From Histomonas meleagridis 2922-C6/04-290x (Eukaryota > Protista > Parabasalia), in assembly GCA_020184695.1 (NCBI GenBank), contig JAANOX010000032.1, forward strand, positions 282,450-346,449: 64,000 nt of DNA. Direction: 5' to 3'. The translations under genes were made by a program, and so were the position numbers. The notes beneath the pieces are model-generated. The model made no database searches and was not told the origin of the DNA. It was given only the letters and a program-made list of their open reading frames with translations. Shown here in pieces: positions 42,762 to 55,142 of this stretch; the first letter of the stretch is position 1; every line of letters starts with the position of its first letter.

Positions 42762-43745
42762 ATGGAAAAAGACGATGAAAATAATATACTTTTTATTCCA
42801 CCAAACTCATTAAATAATTACAATTCAAATATTCGTGTTGCAATCATTCCATCTTCAGTAGTAGTTATTACAAAAAAAGCATTTTTTGGTTGCAAAAATC
42901 TTGAAATAGTTTTAGTTCCAAAAACAATTGTAAAAATAGAAGAATGCGCTTTTAAAGGATGTATTAAATTAACTAATATAAATCTTCACTATGGGATTAA
43001 GTACATTGATATTTCAGCATTTTATAATTGTGAAAGTTTAAAGAAAATTCATATTCCGAATAGTGTTACATATATTGGAAATTCTGCATTTTATAATTGT
43101 ACAAGTTTAAGAACATTTAAGTTTCCTTTATTCATTACTCAGATATGTAGTCATGTTCTATTTAATTGTTTTAACTTGATAAGTGTTTACATTCCGCCTT
43201 ATGTTACACAAATTAATGATTATGCTTTCAAAAACTGTAAACATCTTTTGAAAATAATAATTCCTTCAAGTGTTTTTAGAATTGGGAAATTTGCTTTTTA
43301 TGATTGCGAAAATCTGAAAATTGTTATTTTGTTATCAGATCCAGAAAGCACGGAAAATTATCCTTTAAAGAAAAGCACAAGTTATAGCTCATCTCATAAA
43401 AAATACACAATGATTGATAGTGCTGCTTTTTATTATTGTACAAGCCTTAAAAAAATTAATATTCCTTCAAGGGTTTCACAAATTGGAAACTCTGTTTTTT
43501 CTGGATGTACAAGCTTAGAAACAATTAATATTTCATCAAATATAACAAGAATTGGTGATTCAGCTTTTTCTTTATGTTCTAATTTAAAACATGTACATAT
43601 TCCAAATAGTGTCAATGAAATTGGAAAGTATGCATTTTATAATTGCACTACTTTAAATGTAATTAACATTCCATCAACTGTAAAAATCATTGGTAAATGT
43701 GCTTTTGATAAAGATCTCAAAATATATCAACAAAATGAAACTTAA
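42762..43745 (+). CDS. BspA-like TpLRR protein without signal peptide or TM
   Basis: Inr TCATTTT before ATG 42762, IPNSVTYIGNSAFYNCTSL repeats, no hydrophobic segment. Confidence 0.85.
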   Translation: MEKDDENNILFIPPNSLNNYNSNIRVAIIPSSVVVITKKAFFGCKNLEIVLVPKTIVKIEECAFKGCIKLTNINLHYGIKYIDISAFYNCESLKKIHIPNSVTYIGNSAFYNCTSLRTFKFPLFITQICSHVLFNCFNLISVYIPPYVTQINDYAFKNCKHLLKIIIPSSVFRIGKFAFYDCENLKIVILLSDPESTENYPLKKSTSYSSSHKKYTMIDSAAFYYCTSLKKINIPSRVSQIGNSVFSGCTSLETINISSNITRIGDSAFSLCSNLKHVHIPNSVNEIGKYAFYNCTTLNVINIPSTVKIIGKCAFDKDLKIYQQNET

Positions 43746-44068
43746 AAAACACAGCAATTCTCTAGTACATTTAATAAAAACAACACAATTTGATTTACTT
43801 AAATACTTTTTTGTAATTATTTCGTCTCCTTTTAGGACAGAAAAAAAATTCGATTTATACGATAAAAAATTGACAATTCAATATAAACTATTGAAATAAT
43901 TCTATTTATCGTACGATAAAAAGGCGGTATGGTCCGGAATGGTCTGTTTTTTCTGAGCATTTTTTGGGTATTTCAATCAAACCGTAACCACTTTCAATTA
44001 AATGAATAGTTTATTCATTGAAATAACTTTCTTTTACTCATAAGAATTCGTTTTGTGGAACGTTTAAA

Positions 44069-44632
44069 TCACCAAGTCATCTTCTCTTTCACACTTTTCT
44101 CTTTGGCTGGCTTCTCGTTTGCTTGGTCTTTGAGTTTTGCCTTGTTTTCGAAGGTAATATTTTCAGGAACGTCATTCTGCCAAGCAATTGGCAAAGGTTC
44201 TGAAGAAATTACATTTGCGTGTGTTAAGTCATTATCTTCTGCTTGCAAAAATTGATAGTTGTCGGAATCCGAGTATGAAGAATTTGAATCTGATTTCTTG
44301 AACTCACTTTCCTTACTATTATTTGTTTTCATATCCAACACACGAGCAGCTTCTCTTGCAATGGATTCTGTTTCGGGAGAAGAGTCCTTTGAACCATTCA
44401 ATTTACTAACCACTTTACATTCAATCACATCACCCTTTTGGACACCTTGACTTTGAAGACTCACTGAAGGCTTTAAGACTTCACCATTATGAAAGAGTAC
44501 AATTTTTTCATTTGAAAAACAAGAGAACTGCAATAGCTTGGAAAGCTCATCAGCTGTTGAGGATCCATGTGTAACTACGGGAAGCACAGCGCCAGGGAGC
44601 CATTGTATCTTGATTTTCAACTCATCGTTCAT
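44069..44632 (-). CDS. Ubiquitin-like-domain protein
   Basis: IVLFHNGEVLKPSVSLQSQGVQKGDVI is a UBL fold, followed by an acidic/Ser linker and an EPLPIAW segment. Confidence 0.7.
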   Translation of the reverse strand: MNDELKIKIQWLPGAVLPVVTHGSSTADELSKLLQFSCFSNEKIVLFHNGEVLKPSVSLQSQGVQKGDVIECKVVSKLNGSKDSSPETESIAREAARVLDMKTNNSKESEFKKSDSNSSYSDSDNYQFLQAEDNDLTHANVISSEPLPIAWQNDVPENITFENKAKLKDQANEKPAKEKSVKEKMTW

Positions 44633-45725
44633 TCTTCTTTCCCAACAGGATTCTGGATTTATCAAATCAAAAAGTTCTATCGAAAATTCAGTTAATTACT
44701 TTTTCAAAATGGATATTCTTTGAAACCGTTGTTATAATCCGGTAAAACAACAGTTTCCCATGAATACTTTGTATGGTCAATATTGAATTTTCAAGTGTGT
44801 GAGCGAATTTTGAACGAATTAACCAAAACAAAACGGTTATTTCTCAAGGCCAAGCAGAATAACCATAATATTGAAAAAGTTGTTTTCGAACAAAAATATC
44901 GGCACTTTTATCATTGGCGAAAAACCGGAAATTTTTGGTAACCTTTTTTCTTTCACAAAAAATGGAAATCGATAATTTAGGGTGCTCCGTTTTGTTTTGA
45001 CTTTTCGTGTGAAAATGTCATTTTAACCCGAATTTTGAATACTCCTGCCATTGGTTGACTTGATTTTATTTGCCTTCAAAAAAATGAAATGAAAATTTGC
45101 AATCAAATTCATACTTGGTTTTAATTTATTCGTTAATAATTTGTGTAAATCCATAAACTTAAAAGGGTGTATTTACAAGATCTAGAAATCGTGATTTTAT
45201 TAAATAAAGATATTCCAAAAACAATTTTATGTAGCATGTTCCCACTTCATGTGTTTGTAAAAAACTGTATATTAGTTGTTCCATCTACTTTAAATTTTTG
45301 GGTAAATTAATTTAATAAACAAAATCATGGTATTTAAAAGTGGACAATAACACCTAAATATAATAATAACTTCTTACAGAAAGGTTCATAAGAACATTTA
45401 AGCCTTTCCGGTGTTGAATTTTTAGATAAAAAAGTTCATACATTAATGTATATAAGGTTTTTCGGGGGTTTTCATTAGCATCGTATCAACGTATGCGCTG
45501 CCGTCATTGCTTTTAAAAAAATAATAAAAGATCCAGAGGTTTTGTGAGAATTGTGGCCGAGCGAACGATGAAAAATATTTGAACACATGATGATATGTAT
45601 CGTAGGGGTTATGATTTAAAAATTAATCGTTTTCTTTTTGAAATATCTTTTATCGTTCTCTTGTGACAAGTTGTATTCGAACAAACCTCACAAAATTTCT
45701 GAGACTGCGACCACTTCACTTTCTA

Positions 45726-46652
45726 ATGCTTTCGACATCAGTTCGAAATCTCCACAAACCACTTCTCTTCGTTGATGAGAATACACGTGTTGTTGTCCAA
45801 GGTATTGGCAACCAAGGTCAATTTCATTCTCGCTTAATGCGTGAATATGGCACAAAAGTTGTCGCAGGCGTTCATCCAAAGAAAGCTGGCCAAATCATTG
45901 CTGGCATGCCTGTTTTTGCCTCAGTCAAAGAAGCTGTTGACAAAACAGATGCTAATGCATCCCTTATCTTTGTTCCTGCTTCTGGTGCTGCAGCAGCAAT
46001 GATTGAAGCTGCAAACGCAGGTGTTGGCCTTGTTGTTTGCATTACAGAGCATATCCCACAACATGATATGATCAAAGTCAAGAAGGTTCTCAAAGAAAAA
46101 GGAGTCGAACTTATTGGCCCAAATTGTCCAGGTATCATTCAGCCACGCACACATTGCAAGATGGGTATCATTCCAACAAATATCCATACTCCAGGTAAAA
46201 TAGGAATTGTATCTCGTTCTGGTACACTCACATATGAAGCCTCATATGCAACTACATTAGCTGGCCTTGGTCAATCCACAGTCGTAGGAATCGGTGGAGA
46301 TCCATTTGCAGGACAATTACATACTGATGTCATAAAGAGGTTTGCTGAAGACCCACACACAGAAGGAATTATTCTCATTGGTGAAATTGGCGGTCAATCC
46401 GAAGAAGATGCTGCTGATTGGATTGCAAAGAATCATCTCACCAAAGAAAAGCCAGTCGTCAGCTTCATCGCTGGCGCAACAGCACCACCAGGAAAGCGTA
46501 TGGGCCACGCTGGAGCAATCATTTCTGGTGGAAAGGGTACTGCAGAAGGAAAATACGCTGCACTTCAAGCTGCTGGTGTTCGCATTTCTCGTCATCCAGG
46601 AAATCTCGGCAAGTTCATCTTTGAGGAAATGCAAAAGATGGGCCGCATCTAA
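45726..46652 (+). CDS. Hydrogenosomal succinyl-CoA synthetase alpha subunit
   Basis: Inr TCACTTT, presequence [25 protein letters not shown] and phospho-His motif RMGHAGA. Confidence 0.96.
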   Translation: MLSTSVRNLHKPLLFVDENTRVVVQGIGNQGQFHSRLMREYGTKVVAGVHPKKAGQIIAGMPVFASVKEAVDKTDANASLIFVPASGAAAAMIEAANAGVGLVVCITEHIPQHDMIKVKKVLKEKGVELIGPNCPGIIQPRTHCKMGIIPTNIHTPGKIGIVSRSGTLTYEASYATTLAGLGQSTVVGIGGDPFAGQLHTDVIKRFAEDPHTEGIILIGEIGGQSEEDAADWIAKNHLTKEKPVVSFIAGATAPPGKRMGHAGAIISGGKGTAEGKYAALQAAGVRISRHPGNLGKFIFEEMQKMGRI

Positions 46653-47031
46653 GTAAACGACCGGTAATGGATTTTGTCTTTCAAAACTGATTGAAAGTAT
46701 TTTTTTTTTCAAGAAATTACTGCATAGTTTGTTGCTGCACTAGCAAGATGAGAAAAAATGAAAAGAAGAATTCTGAATTTTGTTATCGGATATTTCTATT
46801 TTGCGTATTTCTGTGCTTATTTGGTCGGATAATTTATAAAAAACAAATTCGTTTTTACTTATTTCTAAATGATCATAGCTACAATTGGTAAAGCAGAAAT
46901 TGCAACTTTTCCTAATGTCTTGAAGAACTTTCCTACGCCCTTCTTAAATTTTTGGCTCTTCTTTGAGATTATTTTTGCCTCATTGTTTAATTCATTGACG
47001 CATTCACTTAACAATGAAGCGCTGTATGCCT

Positions 47032-48490
47032 TTAACTCACTTCGAATACTTTCGTTTGCATCTGATATAACATAGTCACATTTCCAACATCACACGGTAA
47101 TACATCCGAAGGACTTCCTGACCTATTTTGCATTTCAGTTCTTATTGTCATTTTTTCTCTTTCTAATTCCATTCGAATCTTTTCCTTGAAGTCGCTTTTG
47201 ATTTGTATTAATCTTTTGTTCCTTTCTTCTTCAGAAAGTTGATTTAAACTTTTCATATGCGTTTGAATTTGACTTGTGATATAATCTTCAAGTTTCTTAT
47301 TAATACTTTCATTAACACTACCTGAATAACGTGATTTAAATTCATTAATGTAATTATTAGTTATCATATCATTTAAATTTCTTGAGATTCGATTTAACTT
47401 TTCGAAGTCACTTCGTTTGATATTATATTCTTGTGCTGTGACTTCATTCTTCATTATAGATTCCGAAATTTGTTTCAAGCTTTCGATAACTTTCTCTGTG
47501 TTTTCTCCAGCTATTTTATGCGCGTTTTGTCCCATTTCGATTAATATACTTTTAGCTTGTGAACGTATGAAATCTTCAACTTGTTGTCGTGCTGTTTGAT
47601 TGATATTAAATTGAAGACATATTCGATCGAGTTCAAGTTGACATTCATTTTCTAAGTTACGAATACGACTTTCATTTAATATCGCGGATTCATCAGTTGA
47701 TAATATGTTATTAATTTTCTCTTGTGCTATTGCCATTCTTTCGGATATAAAAGATAACATTTTGTCTTCTAAATCTTTTGTAGTTTTCTTAATTAGTGTT
47801 TCTTTTTCTTGTTTAATTACTGTGTTTGATTCATCCATTTTACCAATTAACTTATTATATATATAATTGTCTATTTTATTGCGTATTTCTTTCGGTATTT
47901 TTTCTTTGGATTCATTCTTAAGTGTTGTTAAGATTTTGAGCTTAATACTACTTAATAAACTAATTGATATTTGTGTATATTGCGAAATGTCACTGTTTTG
48001 GATTTCAGCTTTTTGTTGTTCAATTTCTTCTTCTATAATAACATCGGCTTGTTTCTTAAGTTCTGTAATTAATTCTTTCTTATTGTTCTCAACAACTTTT
48101 TTCGCTTCTTGTTTAATTTCATCATTTATTTGATGTATTAATGTTTTCTTGTATTTCCATAATGATTGAAAAATCAATTTTTTCTTCGGATCCAATTTGA
48201 TTTAATTCATTAATACAATCATCGGAATCTAATGAACATAACCTTAAAAGTTCACCTAAATCTGATGATTTACTATTAGTCATTGTTTGTTCTGATTGTT
48301 TTTTCTTTGTTTCGATATACGAATTAATTTCATCTTGTAAATGTTTATGTTGTGATTGTTTCATTTGATCTCTAAGTTCATTAAATACTTTACATTTTGT
48401 TGATATTTCATCAGAAATTTTTCGTTATAATTCTTTATATATAATATCAAAAAAGATAATTTTTAGTATAAATATAAGTAAGATGTTCAT
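47032..48490 (-). pseudogene. Long coiled-coil protein gene with an in-frame TAA (48425-48427) and a +1 frameshift near 48130-48190
   Basis: Inr TCATTTT before ATG 48490. Reads KEL*RKISDEIS, continues into the 48364 ORF, then shifts into the 48195 ORF. Confidence 0.55.
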
Positions 48491-48849
48491 TCAAAATGAT
48501 AAACTCTGATATTTTCACTGCAGTGAAAAACCTGCAGACTGACAACAAAATTTTTGATAAATCATGAATTTTTATATAGCTTGTTAGCAAATAGAAATTT
48601 TAACATATATTCAGTCCCATAAATATGAATTAATTAAGATATGAAAGAAAATCGAGAAAAAAGATTTTTTGGTGTTAACGTTCTTTTTAGCGAAGTGAAA
48701 ATCGGAATATTGCGAAAATTACAAAATTAAATCAAAAAAAAAAAATTATTAAACATATATTACTGAATATTTTCTCTATGAATAATGCTAGGGTGTAGGC
48801 TTAATATTAAGGTGTCGGTCTACAGGTTTTCACTCGATGTAACTTTTTT

Positions 48850-49330
48850 TTCTGATGATGCGGAGAATCATTAGGTAATCATTAGACTTTCTCGAGAATA
48901 GCTTTAACTCTTGTTTCTTTGTTATTCAATAACTTATTAGATGTTCGACAACTTCAATTTGTGTGTAACAGCTGTTTGACGCGTTTGAGCTCTTGTTCTA
49001 ATGATCTTGCTCAGGTGCAGAATAACGAACTGTTTCTTCTTCAAGTAACTTTTGTTTTATTTTATTTTTCATTAATGATTAGATCTTTCACGTTAGCAAC
49101 ATCGAATCATTTCTTCATTCTTCATTTGCAAGGACTTTCTCTTAATCATTGAGCATTGTTTTGAGAAAAAATTTAATGCAGATCATCTCCACAAACCGAA
49201 CAACCTTCCGTCCAGCAGAGCAAGCATTCTTCGTGGGCATATGACCCCATGATGTCACCGAATTTTCATTCCGTTTAATCTTTTTCAAGCAAATTTTACC
49301 GTGTGCAATTTTTTTTTGTAAAGATTTCAT
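48850..49330 (-). pseudogene. RING-variant (C4HC3) plus coiled-coil gene remnant
   Basis: GSYAHEECLLCWTEGCSVCG resembles the RINGv HxxCxxxW...CxxC pattern. Many in-frame TGA/TAA. Confidence 0.5.
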
Positions 49331-49369
49331 TCATTAGATTGGAAAAAAAAATCCTTAGGACCAATCTAG

Positions 49370-49580
49370 CCCCCGGTTGAAAGTGTCTAGTTTAATATGA
49401 AATTCATGCAAAGATAAATATATATTAATTATCATTATATCTGACTTGTATTGATTTTTGAAGATAGTATAATCTAAATTGATAAAAGAGGAAATAACTT
49501 AATAGATTCTTGTGTCATAATGATAATAATTTGAAAATTCATTATATATATATATATAATTAAATTCTTTCAACCGGGGG
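49370..49580. mobile_element. 211-bp MITE-like element with 14-bp perfect TIR
   Basis: CCCCCGGTTGAAAG (49370-49383) and CTTTCAACCGGGGG (49567-49580) enclose AT-rich non-coding DNA with a (TA)n tract. Flanks AATCTAG and AATCGTG match 5/7. Confidence 0.55.
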
Positions 49581-49799
49581 AATCGTGCCATACTGCCATT
49601 TAGTCTAAAAATTTTATATATTAAACTTGATATTAGGCAGACAAAGTTTTGATATATGTTTCCAAATCTATTTTAAAATACCTAAGAGTTTTATTGCATT
49701 AAATATTTTTGTGTTTAAAAAAATTCTGGTCATATATCGCTATAAAAATTGTATATAAATTTTTTTATGAAAATTATTATTAAACTTTCTTCGAATAAT

Positions 49800-51040
49800 A
49801 TCATTTAATATATAAATCGAACTTTAACTTTAAGATTTGGTTCTATTTTTAATATGTCGGATAGTAATGACATGTTTGTAGCTGTCGCATAATCAACATT
49901 ATTAATTTCGATGTTGTTAGCTAATGGTACTACGCTTAAACTATAATCAACTGAATTAAGAAAGTTTTGGAAATCATTCGAATATTATCATGTCGACCAA
50001 CAACTACAAATGATAAATAGATCGATGAATCGTTAATATAACTGAAGTTTTTATATTCGTTTTCTAACATTGTAATAACATTTGGATTTTTGTCGCCAAT
50101 AATTTCTTTGGAACTATAATTAGTTGATATAATACTCGAATTTATTATATGTGGAAATTCTTTTAAATTAATTTTACATTTTTTATTGTTTGTAATTGAA
50201 ACTATAGTTTTTAATGTAGCTTCAACATTAACTGAAGAAGTTCCTTTAACATTAATAAAGCCTTTAGTATTATCATTCAGTTTTTCGATTAAATATTTCG
50301 CTGCTTCTTTGGAACTAATATTATCATAACGTGAAGAAGGTAAATATTCAATGTTTGTAAAGCCGGATTGATAACATTCTCGAATAGCTCTCATTGTTGG
50401 TTTTTCGATATCATTATAAGCTTTAGAGTTAATTAGAAATGGCATTTGAATGACACATCCATTGTTTTTAAGTATAGACTCAACAACGTTTTGAAACATT
50501 GGCTCCGTTATTGAAAATATATATTTTATGTTTCTTTGATTGAAATATGTTACTAATGTATTAATATAATTATTTGCAACTTCATTAATATATTTAATTC
50601 CATTGGAAAACGTGTGATGAATTAATGGAGGCTGATATGTTATATACGCTTCTTTGATTTGAAAGTATTCTAATAGAGATAAGGATTCTTTGGATGAAGT
50701 CAATGTCATTAATGGTATATGATATGTTTTCTTTGATGAAAATTTCTTTTAAACTATTTCCAAGGACTGTGGTTGAGCCTATAAGAACTTGTGATGTCTC
50801 GAATTTGTCTTTAGTATAATTTTCAGTAGATATTCGCGCAAATTCTTTTTTGAAACGAGTTCGATCTAAACATGTTTCGCTATTTGTTGATAAACTTTTC
50901 GAATATAAAAAGTATGGGTTCTTTAAGTTTGGTTGTGGAATTGCTATTGTTTTAAAATAGTGAATTGCGCTATTAATTTCGAATTTTATTTGTAATGTTT
51001 AAAACATTATATCAGTGCTTGTAAAAAAAAAATAATTACC
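49800..51040 (-). pseudogene. Fragmented gene with a Rossmann/epimerase-like N-part and GT2-like C-part
   Basis: VLIGSTTVLGNSL (dinucleotide-binding-like) and YLSFVVVGRHDN...QNFLNS...VDYAT segments spread over several frames. Confidence 0.4.
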
Positions 51041-51290
51041 ATTGGGGCGATAATGATGATATTTGTGTAATGTTTTGTTGGACTTAATTTGGGCTTTGAA
51101 ATTGTTTTTCAAGTGGGACCTCAAATGAATACATTTTGAAATCGTACTAAAGTATTCAATTATATTTGCCAATACAATTTATTCTGGGGTACCCATAATC
51201 TCACTCAATCCTGGAAATGGCGGGAATATTGTTGGCAAAAGTGACGATCATTGTTTCAATTTTTGAATCAATTAACATCGTCTCTAAGCG

Positions 51291-53306
51291 ATGGATCCAC
51301 AAGCTCACACCAGATCTGAGCTTGAATCCTATTATGAATTCCTACGACGTTATGCGCCACTAAATGCACGCGTGCTTCTAGATGCAAATAATAGTGATGT
51401 AATTCGATTACGAAAAGATGTTTTATTAAAGGCAAGATTACTTTCTTTTTCCGATTTATTTGATACAACTTCACCGCAATCTTACGAGCATCTAAGTCAC
51501 AAGGAAGTACTTTCAACAGAAGAAATATTTCCTCCAACTGTATCACCTCAATTACTCCAACAATCAGCAAATTTATTTAAGTTTTTACATCAAAATGTTA
51601 ACGAATTTGCAACGGCTACCATTAATTCATATGGTACACCAACATTTTCATATTTAATCAATCATGCAATTCCATGTTTATTTGGATTTTTTTCAAGTAA
51701 AGAGCACATAGAAACCTCGCAGCCCTTCTATGTATGGGTTTCTGAGAATGCTATACCCAAAATTGCAATGGAAATTCTTGAGCCTTGTTTTCGTACATGC
51801 TGTTTTTCATTTGTTGAGTCGATTTCACTCCCATTTCTTAAGCGATTTACAATTGAAAAAAAGTTTTGGAGCAAAGACGAATTTGTCAAAAACAAAACAA
51901 TAGAATTATTCGCCAATGAACTCGCAAAGTTTATTATCGATTCAGTTGCGTTTTTACCACGAATGCAAATTGTAATCTTAAAAATCATTAACGAACAATG
52001 GGGAAAAAAATTGTTAATTGAGTTTCTATTTGAAACAATTATTAAAAAAATGTTAACATTATTCTTAAAAACAGCTTCACATGAACAACATGAAAAGCCA
52101 TTAGATGCAATTTTCAATAATTTATGTAAAAACAAAAAACTAACTGATGAGATAATAAAGGCAATCTTCTCACAAAAAAGGCCATTCCAGATACCTTCAA
52201 TGTTCTTAGTTTTTGATCACAAGTATCATGAATATATTGTTACCATATTAGATATTCAAGCCTTATTACAAACTTATACAGCAAGCTACAATAACTTGCC
52301 GGTGACATTACAACACCTCTTTATCGAGACAACACCGCTTTCATCCATCTTTTTAATTCGAGTGTTCGAGGCATGCGGTGACCGTTTACAAAATTTGCCA
52401 AATATCGTTTTCGAAAACCGTGAAATTTCACTGAAACCGAATCATGACTTCGAAAGGATTTGGCTTTCATTCCAAGCAAAAGCTGAAGAACAAAATAAGG
52501 ATACACTTGATTTTATAAAGAGTTCACACTTTAGTCTCCCAAATGGATTTCTTGATTATGCATTCGTCCGATCAATACAAGTTTTAATAGGAAATGCTAT
52601 GTCATTCGAAAAACTTCTTAGTCATCTCGCTTACATGAAAAGCATTCGTAATTGGAATGAAATTCTTCTTGAATATCAAAGAATTGCTTTATCACCATTT
52701 GCACTTCTTCAAATGCGAATCAAAACAAAAAATATTGAAGATGCCTTTACCAAACTACCAAAGATATTTTCTAACCCACAAATTCGTCAACTTCAATATC
52801 TTTCACTTATTGCATATAACATTCCAAATCTTCTTGCTTCACAGCGCAATAACTTTGCACAAGCTAAAGCTGCGTGGCTTGATTTTATTGATTCCAAAAC
52901 CAACAAAGTTCACATTCTTGATATTCATTTCAGCCATCCAACATCCAATAAAGCCTTCCACGAATGTATCCAACAGATGGGATCTCTTGATAAAGAAAAC
53001 CTTATTTCTTCTTTCCAGATCCTTCAACGTGTTATTACCAGTATTAGTGATCTTGCAAAATATGAAAAAGTGAAAATGCCATTGTTGAAACTTGTTATAT
53101 GTTATTCCAGAAGTGAATCTATACCAAAGCTTTACATAATTCTAAATAGACTTGCGTTTCGAAGTCATGAATTCATGAAAACTTGTACAGAAGATCAGTT
53201 GAAAAATTGGTTAACATTTGAAAGCACTTTTTTGGGTATATTGGTAGAAGATCAAAAACTTTGTCGAATGTTGTTGCAGATGCAGGAGTCGTTGTTGCGA
53301 AACTGA
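51291..53306 (+). CDS. Helical hypothetical protein (parabasalid-expanded type)
   Basis: 671-aa uninterrupted ORF. No confident domain call. Confidence 0.8.
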   Translation: MDPQAHTRSELESYYEFLRRYAPLNARVLLDANNSDVIRLRKDVLLKARLLSFSDLFDTTSPQSYEHLSHKEVLSTEEIFPPTVSPQLLQQSANLFKFLHQNVNEFATATINSYGTPTFSYLINHAIPCLFGFFSSKEHIETSQPFYVWVSENAIPKIAMEILEPCFRTCCFSFVESISLPFLKRFTIEKKFWSKDEFVKNKTIELFANELAKFIIDSVAFLPRMQIVILKIINEQWGKKLLIEFLFETIIKKMLTLFLKTASHEQHEKPLDAIFNNLCKNKKLTDEIIKAIFSQKRPFQIPSMFLVFDHKYHEYIVTILDIQALLQTYTASYNNLPVTLQHLFIETTPLSSIFLIRVFEACGDRLQNLPNIVFENREISLKPNHDFERIWLSFQAKAEEQNKDTLDFIKSSHFSLPNGFLDYAFVRSIQVLIGNAMSFEKLLSHLAYMKSIRNWNEILLEYQRIALSPFALLQMRIKTKNIEDAFTKLPKIFSNPQIRQLQYLSLIAYNIPNLLASQRNNFAQAKAAWLDFIDSKTNKVHILDIHFSHPTSNKAFHECIQQMGSLDKENLISSFQILQRVITSISDLAKYEKVKMPLLKLVICYSRSESIPKLYIILNRLAFRSHEFMKTCTEDQLKNWLTFESTFLGILVEDQKLCRMLLQMQESLLRN

Positions 53307-53639
53307 AAACAGAATTTGTAAATAAATAAATTGAATGGGAAATTATCGTTTTTCATTGAAAATTTTTACATCACTTTGGCAAATTTTCGTTTTGATATCC
53401 AATTTCATTTTGGTGCTTAGACTTGATTTTACCCCAAATAAATATTGGATATAATATCATTTAAATTTTTGGATTATTTTATAATATTTTCTTCTATGCT
53501 TAATAAATAATTAAATTAGATGATTTTTTTAAAAAATTTCAGATTTTGGTGAATTCATACAAATTGCTTTGAATCCCTGTTTATTGTATGTTATGGACTA
53601 AATTGAAGTTGGGCTGGGAATCAAAAGCATGAAAATATT

Positions 53640-54596
53640 TCATGCTTGTGCAAATAAACCAACAACTCCTATTCCACATCGATTTCGCCCTCTAGCAATT
53701 CTTATATATCCAAGTTCACCCCATCTTATTCCCCAAGAGTTTCGAATAATCCAATAATTTTGACCATTTTCTGTTCCATATCCAACACATCCCACACCAT
53801 GATTCAACATGTGCGTTCTGCATTTTGGATCATCGTATATTCCTTTGTGATATAACTGAAAAGTTAGCTGCGAGGCATCAATAGCAATCGATGCACAGCC
53901 ATATTGACAACATTTTTTCTGAAGATCTTCTTCATCATTTAGATTATTGCCAATGAAACCTTTGAAAACCCCAACACTTTTTGATTCATCGAATTTGCAC
54001 ATACTTTTAAAAGGAGAATAAGGATAATCTTTCTCAAGCATTAGTTTTCCTTGTTGGTTGTATAAAATATATTCAAAAGCAGCTCTCATACTCCCTCCAT
54101 TACATCCATTACATGTGTCGACACAATCCACAAGATTGGATTCAGAAAATGAAAGGAGATGACCATTTTTCAAGAAATATGCTGATTCAAATGACTGAAT
54201 TGTAGAAAATGCCCAACATGAACCACAATGTCCTTGATCTTTGATCGGGTTTACAGCACCTTTTTCTCTCCAATCTAAATTATCTTCACATTTAAATTTA
54301 GATTTTTCTGTGTTCACAAATCTTTTGCTAAGATAAAAAACTGCAGGATTAAAGCCAAGTAAAGAAATGTACTCAGAATTGGTTAAATGTGAAAATTGAT
54401 TGAGATGAATTTTGTATTCATGTACACGATTATGTTCTTCAATCATTCGTTTATGAGTATGAAATATGCCAAGTCGAGCAAAATATTCAAGACCGTAGAA
54501 GAATAAATGATGCTCTTTCATCCATTCTATAAATTCTCTTTCTTCATGTGGGCTAAAATATATGGCGTAAATATGAAGTGCGAAGAGAAAAAGCAT
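53640..54596 (-). CDS. Cathepsin L-like papain-family cysteine peptidase
   Basis: Signal peptide, I29 prodomain (LNQFSHLTNSEY), QGHCGSCWAFS, NHGV and WIIRNSWG. Confidence 0.96.
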   Translation of the reverse strand: MLFLFALHIYAIYFSPHEEREFIEWMKEHHLFFYGLEYFARLGIFHTHKRMIEEHNRVHEYKIHLNQFSHLTNSEYISLLGFNPAVFYLSKRFVNTEKSKFKCEDNLDWREKGAVNPIKDQGHCGSCWAFSTIQSFESAYFLKNGHLLSFSESNLVDCVDTCNGCNGGSMRAAFEYILYNQQGKLMLEKDYPYSPFKSMCKFDESKSVGVFKGFIGNNLNDEEDLQKKCCQYGCASIAIDASQLTFQLYHKGIYDDPKCRTHMLNHGVGCVGYGTENGQNYWIIRNSWGIRWGELGYIRIARGRNRCGIGVVGLFAQA

Positions 54597-55142
54597 TTTT
54601 GATTTTTAACAAACGATAGCTTTTGTTATTCATGCACAAAAATTTATATTTAAAATTTTATGAACACAAAAACACTAACTTTATTTAAAAATGATATAAA
54701 AATTCATAAAAGGATCAAAATAATCAGTAAATCAGATTATCGTTTGATTTGAAGAAAAATTTTACTAATATTAATAAAAAATTTCGAAACACAAGAAATT
54801 GGAGATAGAAAAATATCTAAAAATTTTATTTTTCATAATAAAGAAAGAATATTCATAAAAAAATTGAAAATCTAAAAATTACTTTCAGATAATCCTCACA
54901 CTTCTTTGAGGTATTCAATTTTTGAATAAAAAATAACCGTCCCATGTCGGTTTCATTCAAAATTTGTTTGTTCGCTCCAAACCTCCACAAAAACTTAACC
55001 ATTTTCAATCAATGGACCCAATAAAAATTCAAGTGCTTCAAAGTCTAATAATTCAAATATCCATTTAATTTTTTTTTTTACACACAAATTTGAATACTAT
55101 TCAAAATCGGGTCACAGAACGCCAACATCGCATTCCCCATAA

